Shown here: positions 46,201 through 56,659 of the stretch, one piece after another
Position numbering within the stretch: the first letter of the stretch is position 1
Layout: every line of letters begins with the position of its first letter
Assembly: GCA_038087875.1 (NCBI GenBank)
Contig: CM075978.1
Coordinates: 100,378,001-100,442,000 of the forward strand
Reading direction: 5' to 3'
Length of the DNA stretch: 64,000 bases
Source: Malacoraja senta
Taxonomy: Eukaryota
Notes under the pieces: generated by a model
What the model was told of the DNA's origin: nothing
Databases searched by the model: none
The model's input: only the letters and a program-made list of their open reading frames with translations
Made by a program: the position numbers and the translations under genes

Positions 46201-49200
46201 ATAGGAGATTATTTAATTAATTGTTGTCCCTGGAAGGTTATAATGTTGAAATATGGGGCCCTGTTCGGTGAGCACAAGATGGTGGGTCAGATTCAGGCTA
46301 GCACAATACAAGATACAAGATACATTTATTTGTCACATGTACCAATTGGGACAGTGAAATGTGTGGTCACCATACAGCCATACGAATAATAAAGAGCACA
46401 GAACACGATAGTTTTAACATAGACATCCCCACGCAGCGGGATCAAAGTTTCCCACTGTGAGGGAAGGCTCCAAAATTCAGTCGTCCTCCTCTGTTGTCCT
46501 CCTGTGGTCGGGGGGCTCCCGAGCCCCCGCTGTCGCCACTACGGGTGGCCCGCTGATCAGGCCCGCTCGCAGGGGTGATGGAAGTCCGACGTCGGGACTG
46601 GAGGACATCCTCAGTGGCTTGGTCATCCGAATCGGCCACCTCCTACCAGAGTCTTCGGCTCCCGAAGTCCACAGGCCGTGCTGGGCGGAGATTCAGCGCT
46701 GGCAGCCCTCGGCAAAGGCCCCCAGGACTCCGCGATGTTGAAGTCAGCGCTGGGCGCGTTGGAAGCTCTGCAAACCACAGCTCCGATGTTGAAGCAGCAG
46801 GCCCAACACTCCGGAGTTTCAACGGCGATCCAGGTAAGCAATCGCCCGCTCCGCGATGTATCCAGCGCTGCGCCGCCGCTGCTGAACCTCTGGTCCGGGT
46901 CCCCGGCAGGAAAGGCCGCTCCAATCCAGGTGGTAGTCCGCGAGGAGGGGGGGGAGGCGAGGATGCGACTCTGAGAATAGTCGCGTCCTCGCCAGGAAGT
47001 GACTGGGAAACGGCTTCCCCCTTACCCTACCCCCCTCCCCCACATAGAAAAGCTAAAGAAATCTCCAAAACAAACTTTAAAACTGACTAAAAATAAAAGA
47101 GAGAAAAACAGACAGGCTGTAGGCAGAGGCTGCCATCAATGCGGCGCCCCTAGTGGCCTTTTTAATAACGTAAAGTGTGACTGTAAGCTTGGAGTTAAGT
47201 CGGGGCAGAAAAGTGATGCTCCACAAATAGCCATCAGATGTGTATTTGTCTGTCTAAATCGTTAGAAAGCATAAATAAATATATGCAAATGAATCGGTGT
47301 GGGCAAGTTGGGCCAAAGAGGCTGTTTTCACGCTGTATGACTATGAAAACTAAAAGATTCAATACTTTTAATGTTTTTAATATTGTAAATATTGTAAACT
47401 GAAATAAAAATGAACGCGCAAAACCGCTATCCCACCCCTGGCATGCTCTATATTTTCACTATCGTTTAGTATTGTGTAAACTGAACTTACTAGTGACAAT
47501 GAGCTGGGTTCCATTCCCCCTGATATCTCCCCACACTGTGCAGTAATAGACGGCAGAGTCATTGAGCATCACGTTTGTGACCGTCAGGATGAAGCTGTAG
47601 TTGGAGGGGTTTTTGAACGTCTGGAACCGCTCAGTGAAGCCTGGTCTCCTTCGTACGCTGCCTCCAGCCTCGTGTGTTAAAACCCACTCCATGTCCTGCC
47701 CGGGTACTTCTCGGTACCAGTGGACGTCAGTGTTTCTAACTTCAGCGTTCTCCATGGAGCACCAGAACCGTGCCGTGTGACCCTCAGTGACACTCTCCAG
47801 CCTCGGGAATTGGATCAGGATCGGAGGATTTGCATCTTTAATGGGAAAATATGTCTTCTTAAAAAAACCCACCCAGCACAACCATGCTTAAAGAGTGCAC
47901 ATAATCTAACTCTAAATTTATAGAATTGTTTTAGTCATTCTATGGGGTGGGAGATTGCAACCTTCACATGGTCCACCCTGTTTTGACTAATGCAATCAAC
48001 CCGACGTGCACAAACAAATAGATGTAGTGTTTTGTTAGGCTGAGCATGGTGTACGCAAGAAGAAGTCATTCTATAGCACGCAATATGGAATTCTTTTGAT
48101 TAGGGCTATGGATGTGTACAGCACAGGAATGGGCTCTTGTGATACTTAAAACCAGAACAATGTTACTGAGTTCAGTGATCCTGCAATATTATATAACCTG
48201 TGCATGGGGCCTAACAAAGTTCTGAATGGGTTTGTGGAGAGGTTTGCTCGTGCTACTCAAGAGAGTTTAAACTAGTGAGACATGGGGTTGGGACCCAGAA
48301 TGAAAGAGGACTCATATGTAGAAAATAGAACAGGCAAGTCCAGTGAAAGCATTGGCAGAGATGGGAGGGGGAGCATGAGAGGACCGGTAGGTTTAACTGC
48401 ATTTACTTTAAAGCAAGAAGTACAGCAAGTGAGGGATGAGTTGAGAGTGTAGATCAGCACACAAGATTATGAGGGGAAGTGTGGATGAGGGAAGAGCCGT
48501 AATCTATTATTAATTTATTATTAAGGAAGTGGGGCATTTGGAATATATCAGCACTGGGTAGAGTCAAAAGGTTTTTGTAAAGGAAATCATATTCCACAAA
48601 TCAGCACATTTTTTGAGATTGTAGTTGGCAGCATAGATAAGGGAAAACTAGCTGATGTGAATTTGGACTTTCAGAAGGCACTGAACAAGCTACAAAGAAG
48701 GTGCAGATTAAAAAATCCTCTCACACATACCTGTCTTTCCACTCGCTAGTCATTACACAGCCCTAGCCCCTCTGGGTTCCTATATCTGCCACATCACCTC
48801 CACCTTCCAGTTCTGATCTACCTCACCATCCGCCCTCGGGTTCTACATTTTATTTCGCACCTTCATTTCTTATCAGATTTCATTATTTGTTATCATTTGT
48901 CTTCTCCGCTTATCTTTGTTAATATCTTCCCCTATCCCTCCTGCACCTCATTCATCTAACAATCAACCCTTCCATATCTGAGTCTACCTGTCACTTGCAA
49001 GCTCTTGCCCCACCCTTACTCCCTCACCTCTTTCCACCAGCTCTCTCCTACTCCATCAGTCTGAAGAGGTCTTGACCCGAAACATTGTCTGTCCATTTAC
49101 CTTCACAAAAGTTGGCTGACCTGCTGAGTTCCTCTGGAACTACTATCTACATTGGAGATCCTTGGACTATCTTTGATTAGACGCACTGGCTTTATCTAGC

Positions 49201-52200
49201 CCTAAACGTTATTCACGTTATTCCCTTTATCGTGTATCTGTGGATGGCTCAATTGTAATTATGTATTGTCTTTCCACTGATTGGTTAGCACGCAAAAGCT
49301 TTTACTGTACACGTGACAATAAATTAAACTCAAACTCATAACCTCAAGATTGGCTTTTTCCCAAGCATTTCATAATATTTCTTCACCCATGTACTTACAT
49401 AAACTTTTGGATTTTATGAGCTAATCTATTCCTTTCAACAACATATGAAGTTATCCTCTTTCTCTCCTTTCTCTGATTTGTTTCAGGAGGGATATGGGCC
49501 AAACGCAGGCAGGTGGGACTAGTGTAGCTGGGACATGTTGGCCTGTGTGGGCAAGTTGGGCAGAAGGGCCTGTTTCCATGCTGTATGACTATTTGACTTT
49601 ATGCTATTAGTTGGTAATATCTTCCATCTCTGACAACTCAAACCCAAAGGGTTGTTCATCCACAAACCATTTGCGGAGACTTTTGACACTTTTGATTTTT
49701 GTTTCCTTGTACTCGTCCTTTCACACACTTATCTATTTCCTAGCTGTTGCACTTTACACGCCAAGGATAACTTCCCCACTCTCTGTTTTACTGGGAGTGG
49801 TACTGAATTCCCATGTGTCGGTGAGTCATTGTGTGAAGGTTGAAGTGTGAGCTGCTGTTATCGTCAGTGTAGGCAAACAATGACTTACCAGTTACATTGA
49901 GCTGGGACCCTGCTCCATAGATGTAACTCCACACACTGCAGTTGTAGACAGCAGTATCATTGATGGAGACATTGGCGATTGTCAGAATGTAACTGTTGCT
50001 CATGGCATTCCTGAAAGACTTAAAGCGGTCAGAGATACAGCCGGACCTGGTGACGTTGCCATCCACAAAGTGGCTCATTACCCACTCGCTGTTTTTCCCA
50101 GGTCGCTGCTGGTTCCAGTGGACGTCAGTGTCATTCACACCGGCATTGTGCAAGGCACATTGCAACTGCACAGTTGCACCCTCTGCCACCTTGCTGACTG
50201 ACGGAGACTGGATAAGGACCGGATCATCCAGGGGATCTGTGTGAATATACATAGAGCTCAATGGAAGGCATCATATTTCTCCAGCATTTAGTGTGTAACA
50301 GTTTCTAAAATTTGAATACCATCACATACTTCCCAGGGAGGCTCAGGATAATTGAAGAGTAAGATTATCGAGGATGTCAGATTTATCCATGTTCTCCGGA
50401 CTTGCTGGCTGACCTTTTAAGTTACTCCAACAGCTTGTGCCTTTTGTTTTTTAGTATATTATTTGCCTTCCAAACTGCTCATTCTATCTACATGTTAATT
50501 TTAAGTTATTTTGTGTATGAGAACACCCAGATTCTTCTGACCTTACAGTCACACAACATTCAAAAAAACTCTGCATGTCCATTTTTCCTGCAGAAGTGAA
50601 TGAGTATATTTTTCCAAGATATAGTCCATCTGGCTTGTCCTGCTCGTTATACTTGTCTGTGCCCTTTGTAGCCTCCGCACATGTTGCATCGCCTACCAAC
50701 TAACCTGGATATGTTATACTTGGTCTCCTCATCCTCGATTGTGAACAGTGAGGGTCCCAGCACCAAACCCTGCACCACCTCTCACTAGTCACAGCCTCTC
50801 AGCTTGAATACCTGAAGTTCATTCCAGTTCCTCCAGGAGATTTAACCATCTATTCATTACCCATTCTCCCATCTATGTGTCTGCTTGTGATGAATAATGG
50901 TCGATCTCATCTACAGCTACTGTCTCTGTATGGCTCATTGACAAACACAACCCTACTTTGCTAGTCACAAACATCTAACAACGTGGGCTTTAAAAGATTT
51001 CTCACCCATGATGTCCATTTCATACATCCACATTGACTCTGTTCTTACACCGACCCTATTCTTCTGCCTTTGTGTCAGATTCTTATCTTTCCTTTACCGC
51101 CAATGGAGCAACGAGTTATCTACTTTACTGGAACATGGAAATTAAATAGAGGGGAATTTCAACCGTGCTTCACACTATTTAACATGGATTGATACACGGC
51201 TAGGGGCGCCGCATTGATGGCAGCCTCTGCCTACAGTCTGTCTGTTTTCCTATCTTTTTTTAATTTTTAGTCTGATTTAAAAGTGTGCTTTGGAGGTTTC
51301 TTTAGTTTTTCTATGTGGGTGAGGGGGGTAGGGTAAGGGGGAAACCGTTTCCCAGTCACTTCCTGGCGAGGATGCGACTATTCTCCGAGTCGCGTCCTCG
51401 CCCCCCTCCTCGCGGCCTACCAACTGGATTGGAGCGGCCTTTCCTCCCGGGGACCCGGAGCAGAGCTTCAGCAGCGGCGGCGCAGCGCTGGATTCATCGC
51501 GGAGCGGGCGATGCCTTCCTGGATCGCCGTTTGAAGCTCCGGAGTGCTGGGCCTGCTGCTTCAAGATCGCGAAGCTGGGGTTTGTAGAGCTCCCAAAGCG
51601 GGCGGCGCTGACCAACATCGCGGAGTCCTGGGACCTTTTGCCGGGGGCCGCCAGCGTGAATCTCTGCCCAGCGCGGCCTGTGGACTTCGGGAGCCATGGA
51701 CTCCGGATGTCCAAGCCGTTGAGGTGGTTCTCCCGTTCCGACGTCGGAGTTCCTTCATCCCAGCGAGAGGGCCTGAACATCGGGCCGCCCGTAGCGACGA
51801 CTGCGAGGGGTTTGGGAGCCCCCCGACCACGGGTGAAGAACAGAGGACCACAGAGGAGGATAACTGAATTTTGGAGCCTTCCTTTACAGTGGGAAACTTT
51901 GATTCCGTTGTGTGGGGATGTCTGTGTTAAAGACTATCGTGTTCTGTGCTCTTTATTATTCGTATGGCTGTATGGAGACAACACATTTCACTGTACCAAT
52001 TGGTACATGTGCCAAATAAATGTATCTTGAATCTTGTATCTTGGATTAGGGGCCCGCATCAACACAATGCAGATGAGCAAAGACTCAGATCCAGACAACA
52101 ATGAACTGTCAGCCTGAGGGAGAGCATGAACACAGGTGATCAACGTGTAACCTGTTTCTTCTCAGCCAGTCCCAGAGCCCTGGCCTTGGCTCCAGTGACT

Positions 52201-54636
52201 ACATTGTTGTTGTTGCCTCTGCTCTGTGAGTGGTACAAATATCAGCGATTCCTGGTTGAAAACAAGCCCGAAGGCTCATCCGTCGGCGGGACTGGGAATC
52301 CATCAAAAGGCTCATCGGTTGGCATGACCAAGAGTGAGCTGGAGACGTCAGACACAAGGAGCAAGGGCCGGTGCGAGGTTGAACCAGGGAAATGCCTCCA
52401 GCGCCTCCAGGTAGTCTGCTGGAGGCACCCCCGGGACACAAAGATGGCCGGGCGAGGAGAGGAGAGGGACGTTGGTTCGTGGGAACTACTCCAGTACATC
52501 GAGCTGTGGTATGACCGGACGTTGCACTTTCAATAATCCCGGCACAAAACATGGCGGCGCCAGCATGTGTAATATATGCAAAAAGAATTTCACTGCACAG
52601 TTGCACATGTGACAAATAAAGAACTATTGAACCATTGAACCATTGCAATAAGGAGGCAACATTAGTTCATCTAAAGCCATGACAAGTTGTCGTTCTCCTC
52701 TCCTGTACCTTAACTCAAACAGCTGTGAGCAGTGCCCTGCTATTACACTGAGCACTGAACAATGTTTCTAGTTTTCTCTACAATGAAGAACACACTGCAC
52801 ATTTAAATTTATTTCCCACAACCCAGAACTCACATACAGATCAGTTACCATATCAGTGCTCACACCATTAGTGAGGGGCCACAATGTTTTGGTCTCCAGC
52901 ATCATGGCTCCAGTATGATCTCCTTACTCTCTCAGTACTCCCGGTACATGTGCCAATTCAAGGGAAGTGAATTACACCCAATAGAGTTACACATAGGTGA
53001 ATAAAACCAACTATAATTTGTACTCACTGGTTACGTTGAGCTGGGTTCCATTCCCTGTGATATCTCCCCACACTGTGCAGTAATAGACGGCAGAGTCATT
53101 GAGCATCACGTTTGTGACCGTCAGGATGAAGCTGCTGTTGGAGGCGTCTTTGAACGGCTGGAACCGCTCAGTGAAGCCTGGTCTCCTTCGTACGCTGCCT
53201 CCTGCCTCGTGTGTTAAAACCCACTCCATGTCCTGCCCGGGTAGTTCACGGTACCAGTGGACGTCAGTGTTTCCCACTTCAGCGTTCTCCATGGAGCACC
53301 ATAACCGTGCCGTGTGACCCTCAGTGACACGCTCCAGCCTCGGGAATTGGATCAGGATCGGAGGATTTGCAACTTGAAAGGGAAAATATCAATAGATGAA
53401 CATTAATGTTGGGGTTGGTAAATACTTTATGTGTTTCAACTTAAAATACATTCATCCTTTGACATTAGATAACCTCATGTAAAAGTGATGGTTAGCATCT
53501 GATATTATAATAATGATTGCAGCTGATTGCAACTTTCTCCCTGTTCATGATTATCTTTCATTCTCTTTCTCTTTCTCTCTCTCTCCCTCCAGTGTTGGGA
53601 GGTGTTGCCTCACAATGGGGATTTCATTTTTCATTTAGCTTTGTTTGGTCGTATATTTAGTCCTTTGTTGCTCTCTACACAGAGATAAGCAGATCTCTGT
53701 ATATTGGAGGAACAAGAAGGTATGGAAATAGTACCAATAGATCATTGAGGTGGTACTGTTTAGTTTACTTTAGTGTAGAGATGCAGCATGGAAACAGGTC
53801 CTTCAGTCCACTGAGCTCATGCTGACCATCGAGTTATTGATCTCAGTGTGGCAGACGGTGCAACTAATAGTGACTGTGCATAAACTGTGAATGGCACGAT
53901 TGTAATCATGTGTTGTCTTTCCGCTGACTGGTTAGCAGGCAACAAAAGCTTTTCACTGTACCTCGGTAGACGTGACAATAAAGTAAACTCAAGCAAAGTG
54001 ATTATAAATGAAGGAACTAACCTACCTATACTGTAATTTCTTTACATTCATCTGTTCACACTATGTATACGTCTCTGGCAATGCCGAATTACATTCTCCA
54101 TCCTGATCTCAGAACACAGTGACGAGTGATCTGCATTATTCAGTTAAAAAATAATTTTGGCCTATTTTCATTCTCCATTTTGCAGTGTGAACTTCTAATG
54201 ATGTCTGTCTCTGTAAAACTGACAACATGACATCATGATTCCTTGTGATGTTAGGATTGGAAATAGAACCAATTTAAATACTCACTGGTTACATTCAGCT
54301 GGGTTCCATATCCAAATATATTCCCCCAAATGCCACAGATGTAATGAGCAGAGTCGGCAATCACCACCTCTCTGATGGTCAGTGAGTAGCTGTTACTGGC
54401 GTCGTCCCTGGAAAGCTGAAATCGCTTGGAGAAGCCCGATGACCTGTAAGTGCGGCCATTCACATAAAGACTAAGTATTGTTTTTCTATTATATGAGTTG
54501 TACCAGTGAACGTCGAATTTGTTCACAATGTTACGCACATTGCTGCTGTTCAGGACACACCGTATCTCCACTGTTTCACCTTCACGCACCACCAGAGCTC
54601 CTGGGGATTGGATCAGGGATGTGTTTACCTTTAGAC
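31142..54636 (-). CDS. Four-V-domain (VJ-type IgSF) transmembrane receptor with ITIM+ITSM tail; join complement(54286-54636,53028-53372,49889-50236,47491-47835,41513-41645,36513-36556,32691-32734,31142-31258); leader not located
   Basis: All eight exons have GT-AG boundaries and compatible phases (1-1-1-1-1-2-1-0). They total 1727 nt, which with 1 nt from a leader gives 576 codons with a single terminal stop. Confidence 0.82.
31435..32450 (-). mobile_element. CR1 3' fragment (second subfamily, SINE-like tail)
   Basis: [18 protein letters not shown]; tail gggctaaagggcctgtttccacactgta. Confidence 0.88.
32691..32734 (-). CDS. Receptor cytoplasmic exon 2 (44 nt)
   Basis: ttattttatttcag|TTGAAA to CTATG|gtaagt; [15 protein letters not shown]; phase 1 to 0. 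Confidence 0.72.
32876..33901. mobile_element. About 1-kb AT-rich MITE-like element, unclassified
   Basis: 14-bp imperfect TIR TATGT(T/C)ACAAAA(C/T)T; single copy in this window. Confidence 0.45.
33905..34162 (-). mobile_element. V-SINE (HE1-like)
   Basis: Same structure. Confidence 0.8.
34255..35000 (-). mobile_element. CR1 3' fragment
   Basis: ORFs 34344-34822 RT C-terminus. Confidence 0.9.
35266..35342 (-). CDS. Candidate alternative cytoplasmic cassette exon (77 nt)
   Basis: ctgccctcctccag|TAAATG to CCTGCT|gtaagt; [26 protein letters not shown] with IxYxxI; phase 1 to 0. An upstream acceptor at 35385 would give a 120-nt frame-preserving version. Confidence 0.45.
36513..36556 (-). CDS. 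Receptor cytoplasmic exon 1 (44 nt)
   Basis: catttccctag|GAACTC to TACAG|gtgaaa; [14 protein letters not shown]; phase 2 to 1 matches the TM exon. Confidence 0.72.
36830..37120 (+). mobile_element. V-SINE (HE1-like)
   Basis: Same structure. Confidence 0.8.
37470..41380 (-). mobile_element. V-SINE split by the long CR1 (halves at about 37470-37565 and 41172-41380)
   Basis: The two halves join into one SINE. Confidence 0.75.
37570..41172 (+). mobile_element. Near-full-length CR1-clade LINE (HER1-like): SGNH-esterase ORF1 remnant plus APE endonuclease-RT ORF2
   Basis: ORF1 motifs HIGTND and KDGLHLN; ORF2 [31 protein letters not shown]; frameshift at G7 run 40262-40268; 3' tail gaagggccgaatggcctactcc(tatgt)n. 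Confidence 0.95.
41513..41645 (-). CDS. Receptor transmembrane exon
   Basis: gatatttttcag|AACCAT to GAAGG|gtgagt; [44 protein letters not shown]; 21-residue hydrophobic stretch followed by KK; phase 1 matches V4. Confidence 0.87.
42435..43130 (-). mobile_element. CR1 3' fragment
   Basis: [27 protein letters not shown]. Confidence 0.88.
44356..44491. other. Assembly gap (136 N) in the V4-TM intron
   Basis: Run of N flanked by CT-rich low-complexity sequence. Confidence 1.
44840..45640 (-). mobile_element. CR1 endonuclease-region fragment
   Basis: [23 protein letters not shown]. Confidence 0.85.
46309..47152 (-). mobile_element. About 840-bp GC-rich non-autonomous retroelement-like repeat, copy 1
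   Basis: Homologous end to end with 51201-52043 in inverted orientation; 5' TAGGGGCGCCGCATTGATGGCAGCC; 3' (tcttga)-type microsatellite tail. Confidence 0.8.
47491..47835 (-). CDS. Receptor V domain 4 (near copy of V2)
   Basis: cccattaaag|ATGCAA to ACTA|gtaagt; [44 protein letters not shown]. Confidence 0.93.
49889..50236 (-). CDS. Receptor V domain 3
   Basis: ttcacacag|ATCCCC to ACTG|gtaagt; [44 protein letters not shown]. Confidence 0.92.
51201..52043 (+). mobile_element. About 840-bp GC-rich non-autonomous retroelement-like repeat, copy 2
   Basis: See copy 1. Confidence 0.8.
53028..53372 (-). CDS. Receptor V domain 2
   Basis: ctttcaag|TTGCAA to ACCA|gtgagt; [44 protein letters not shown]. 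Confidence 0.93.
54286..54636 (-). CDS. Receptor V domain 1 (membrane-distal)
   Basis: ttacccacag|GTCTAA to ACCA|gtgagt; [43 protein letters not shown]; canonical Cys/Trp/Cys and FGxG. Confidence 0.92.
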
Positions 54637-55639
54637 CTGTGGGTAATAACAACCAAAGATCAGAACAGATGATAACCGCAAAAATAATTTGAAACGAAAG
54701 GCAGCATGAACACTCTTGGATATTTATGAATGTTCTGCACATGTATCCTCAATTTGTAAACTCTTTTGTTTTCTCCTGAGCTTCGCTCTTTCATTCTGCA
54801 CTGAAATGACAAACAATACCTTTGGTAAAAGCAACAGTTCAAAAGTACAAACACTGAATATCAAAGGTTAAATCCTGCTCCATGTAAGTGCTTGTTGACT
54901 GTACACAGTGTGTTAAACTGAGCAGTAAATCAGGAACAAAGCTGGCAGTTCTAGTAACATTCATTTAGTATATGTAAGATTCTGTTGCAGAGTTAGATAG
55001 ACTAAGGAAATTCAGCATGCTTCCAACAACTCTTACCAATGTCTACACATGGACCACATAAAGCATCCTATTGATTACATCACAGCCTAGTTTGCAATAA
55101 CTCTACCCTACACACCACGCTGCCTCGGGTAAGCAACCAACATAGTGAAAGACCATTCACTCCCATGTTTTGTATCTTCGGGCAGAAGATACAAAACTTC
55201 ACAGCATCTGGCAGCAGTTTTACGATACGATACGATAACATTTTATTCATCCCCGGAGGGAAATTGGTCTGCCACAGTCACAACACACAAGGTACACAAA
55301 TACTTGAAATTTAAAGTGGAAAAAAAGAAAAAGCCAAGCAACTGTTGGCTGGCTGCCGTGTGCACAGCGCCTTAACCAGAACGAACGAACAAACAACAAA
55401 CAAACGCAGAAGAGGATTCTAAAACTAGAGTGCCCCCGCACACCAGTTCCCACTTTGTTCTCCCACCGTCCCTCACGGCAGTCCCCCTCCATGCCGGGTC
55501 CCCATTGTTCTTTGCAACAGCCCTCACTTTCCTTGGCTCCTACTCTTTCCCTGGTTACCCGCTTACTCTAATACAATTGTTCAATCCTTGGGATTCTTCT
55601 TAATTTTGACTGCCAAATGCTTCCCTTTACTTCATCAAA

Positions 55640-55980
55640 TGTGGGTGCCACGTTTGTGCATGAAGATTGCTGCCTCACAGAGCCAGAGAGCCGGCTTCAA
55701 TCCTGATCTCAGGTGCTGTCTGTGTGGCGTTTGCATGTTCTCCCTGTGTGACCACATGGGTTTCCACCGGGTGCACCGGTTTCCTCCCACATTCCAAAGA
55801 CACGTGAGTTTGTAGGTTAGTTGGCCTCTGTAAATTGCCTCTATTATGTACGGTGGATGAGAAGTGAGATAACATAGAACTAGTGTGAACGGGTAATCGA
55901 TGGTCGGCATGGGCTCCGTGTTCCAAAGTGCCTGTTTCCATGCTGTATCACTACATGACTGAACTAAACTAAACTAAATC
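55640..55980 (+). mobile_element. V-SINE (HE1-like)
   Basis: Same structure. Confidence 0.8.
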
Positions 55981-56659
55981 CTCAACGCCTCTGGTCGCTT
56001 TGTGTTCCCTGATCCTACTATCCTTACTTTTCACTTCTCCAGGATTGTTAGCTCTGAAACTGCACAAATCTCACTATTAGAAGACTCCCACTATTTGTAA
56101 GTTGTTCTACCTACAATCATATGCTCCCAATCTACTTCCGCCAGGTGATGTCTTATTGAAATCGGGCAATTTCTTATTGAAATTGGTGTGGAGGACATTG
56201 TCCTCCGCACCAATTTTCTCCCTTTCCATAACAGTCTTGAAACTTAAAGCAAAATAATATCAATAAAATAACAACAATAAAATAACACCAGCAAAATAAC
56301 ACCAATAAAAAGATCCATTGTTAAAAAGAAAAATTCCTGGAAGAACTCAGCTTGTCAGGCAGCATATGTGGACCAGTCTGGACCCCCAAACTTCAACTGT
56401 CCATTTCCCTTACCAGTGGTTGCCTGATCTGCCAAGTTCCTCCTGCATTTTGTTTATTGCTCCACATTCCAGTATCTGCCATCTCTTGTGTCTCAATGCT
56501 CCAGGGACACTGCTACCATTAGCCCAGCCTTATTGCCCAAGATTAGGTCCAGTACAGCTAATAGGACTATCTACACATTGGCTGAACTCTCCCGGGTGCA
56601 CTTTATTAATTCTTCCCCATTAAAACCGTTTGCAATATGCACTTTCAGTCAATATTGGA

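Noticed and set aside
46442-52030. Clusters of overlapping ORFs at 46442-47265 and 51277-52030
   Set aside because: These are stop-poor GC-rich repeat copies that are open in several frames on both strands and not conserved in frame between the copies.
47491-54636. A rearranging TCR/Ig V-segment cluster
   Set aside because: The J-like strand and splice donor are already fused to each V. There is no complete RSS, no separate D or J segments, no per-V leader and no C1 exon, and the exons splice in frame to a TM-ITIM tail.
47491-54636. A-B-A'-B' duplication of a two-domain unit
   Set aside because: V3 resembles V2 and V4 (TDVHW..PG...EWV..H) more than V1, so the pattern is A-B-C-B'.
56240-56320. 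Hydrophobic peptide MDLFIGVILLVLFYCC as the receptor leader
   Set aside because: It arises from an AATAAC-type low-complexity tract, has no credible donor, and hits a stop.
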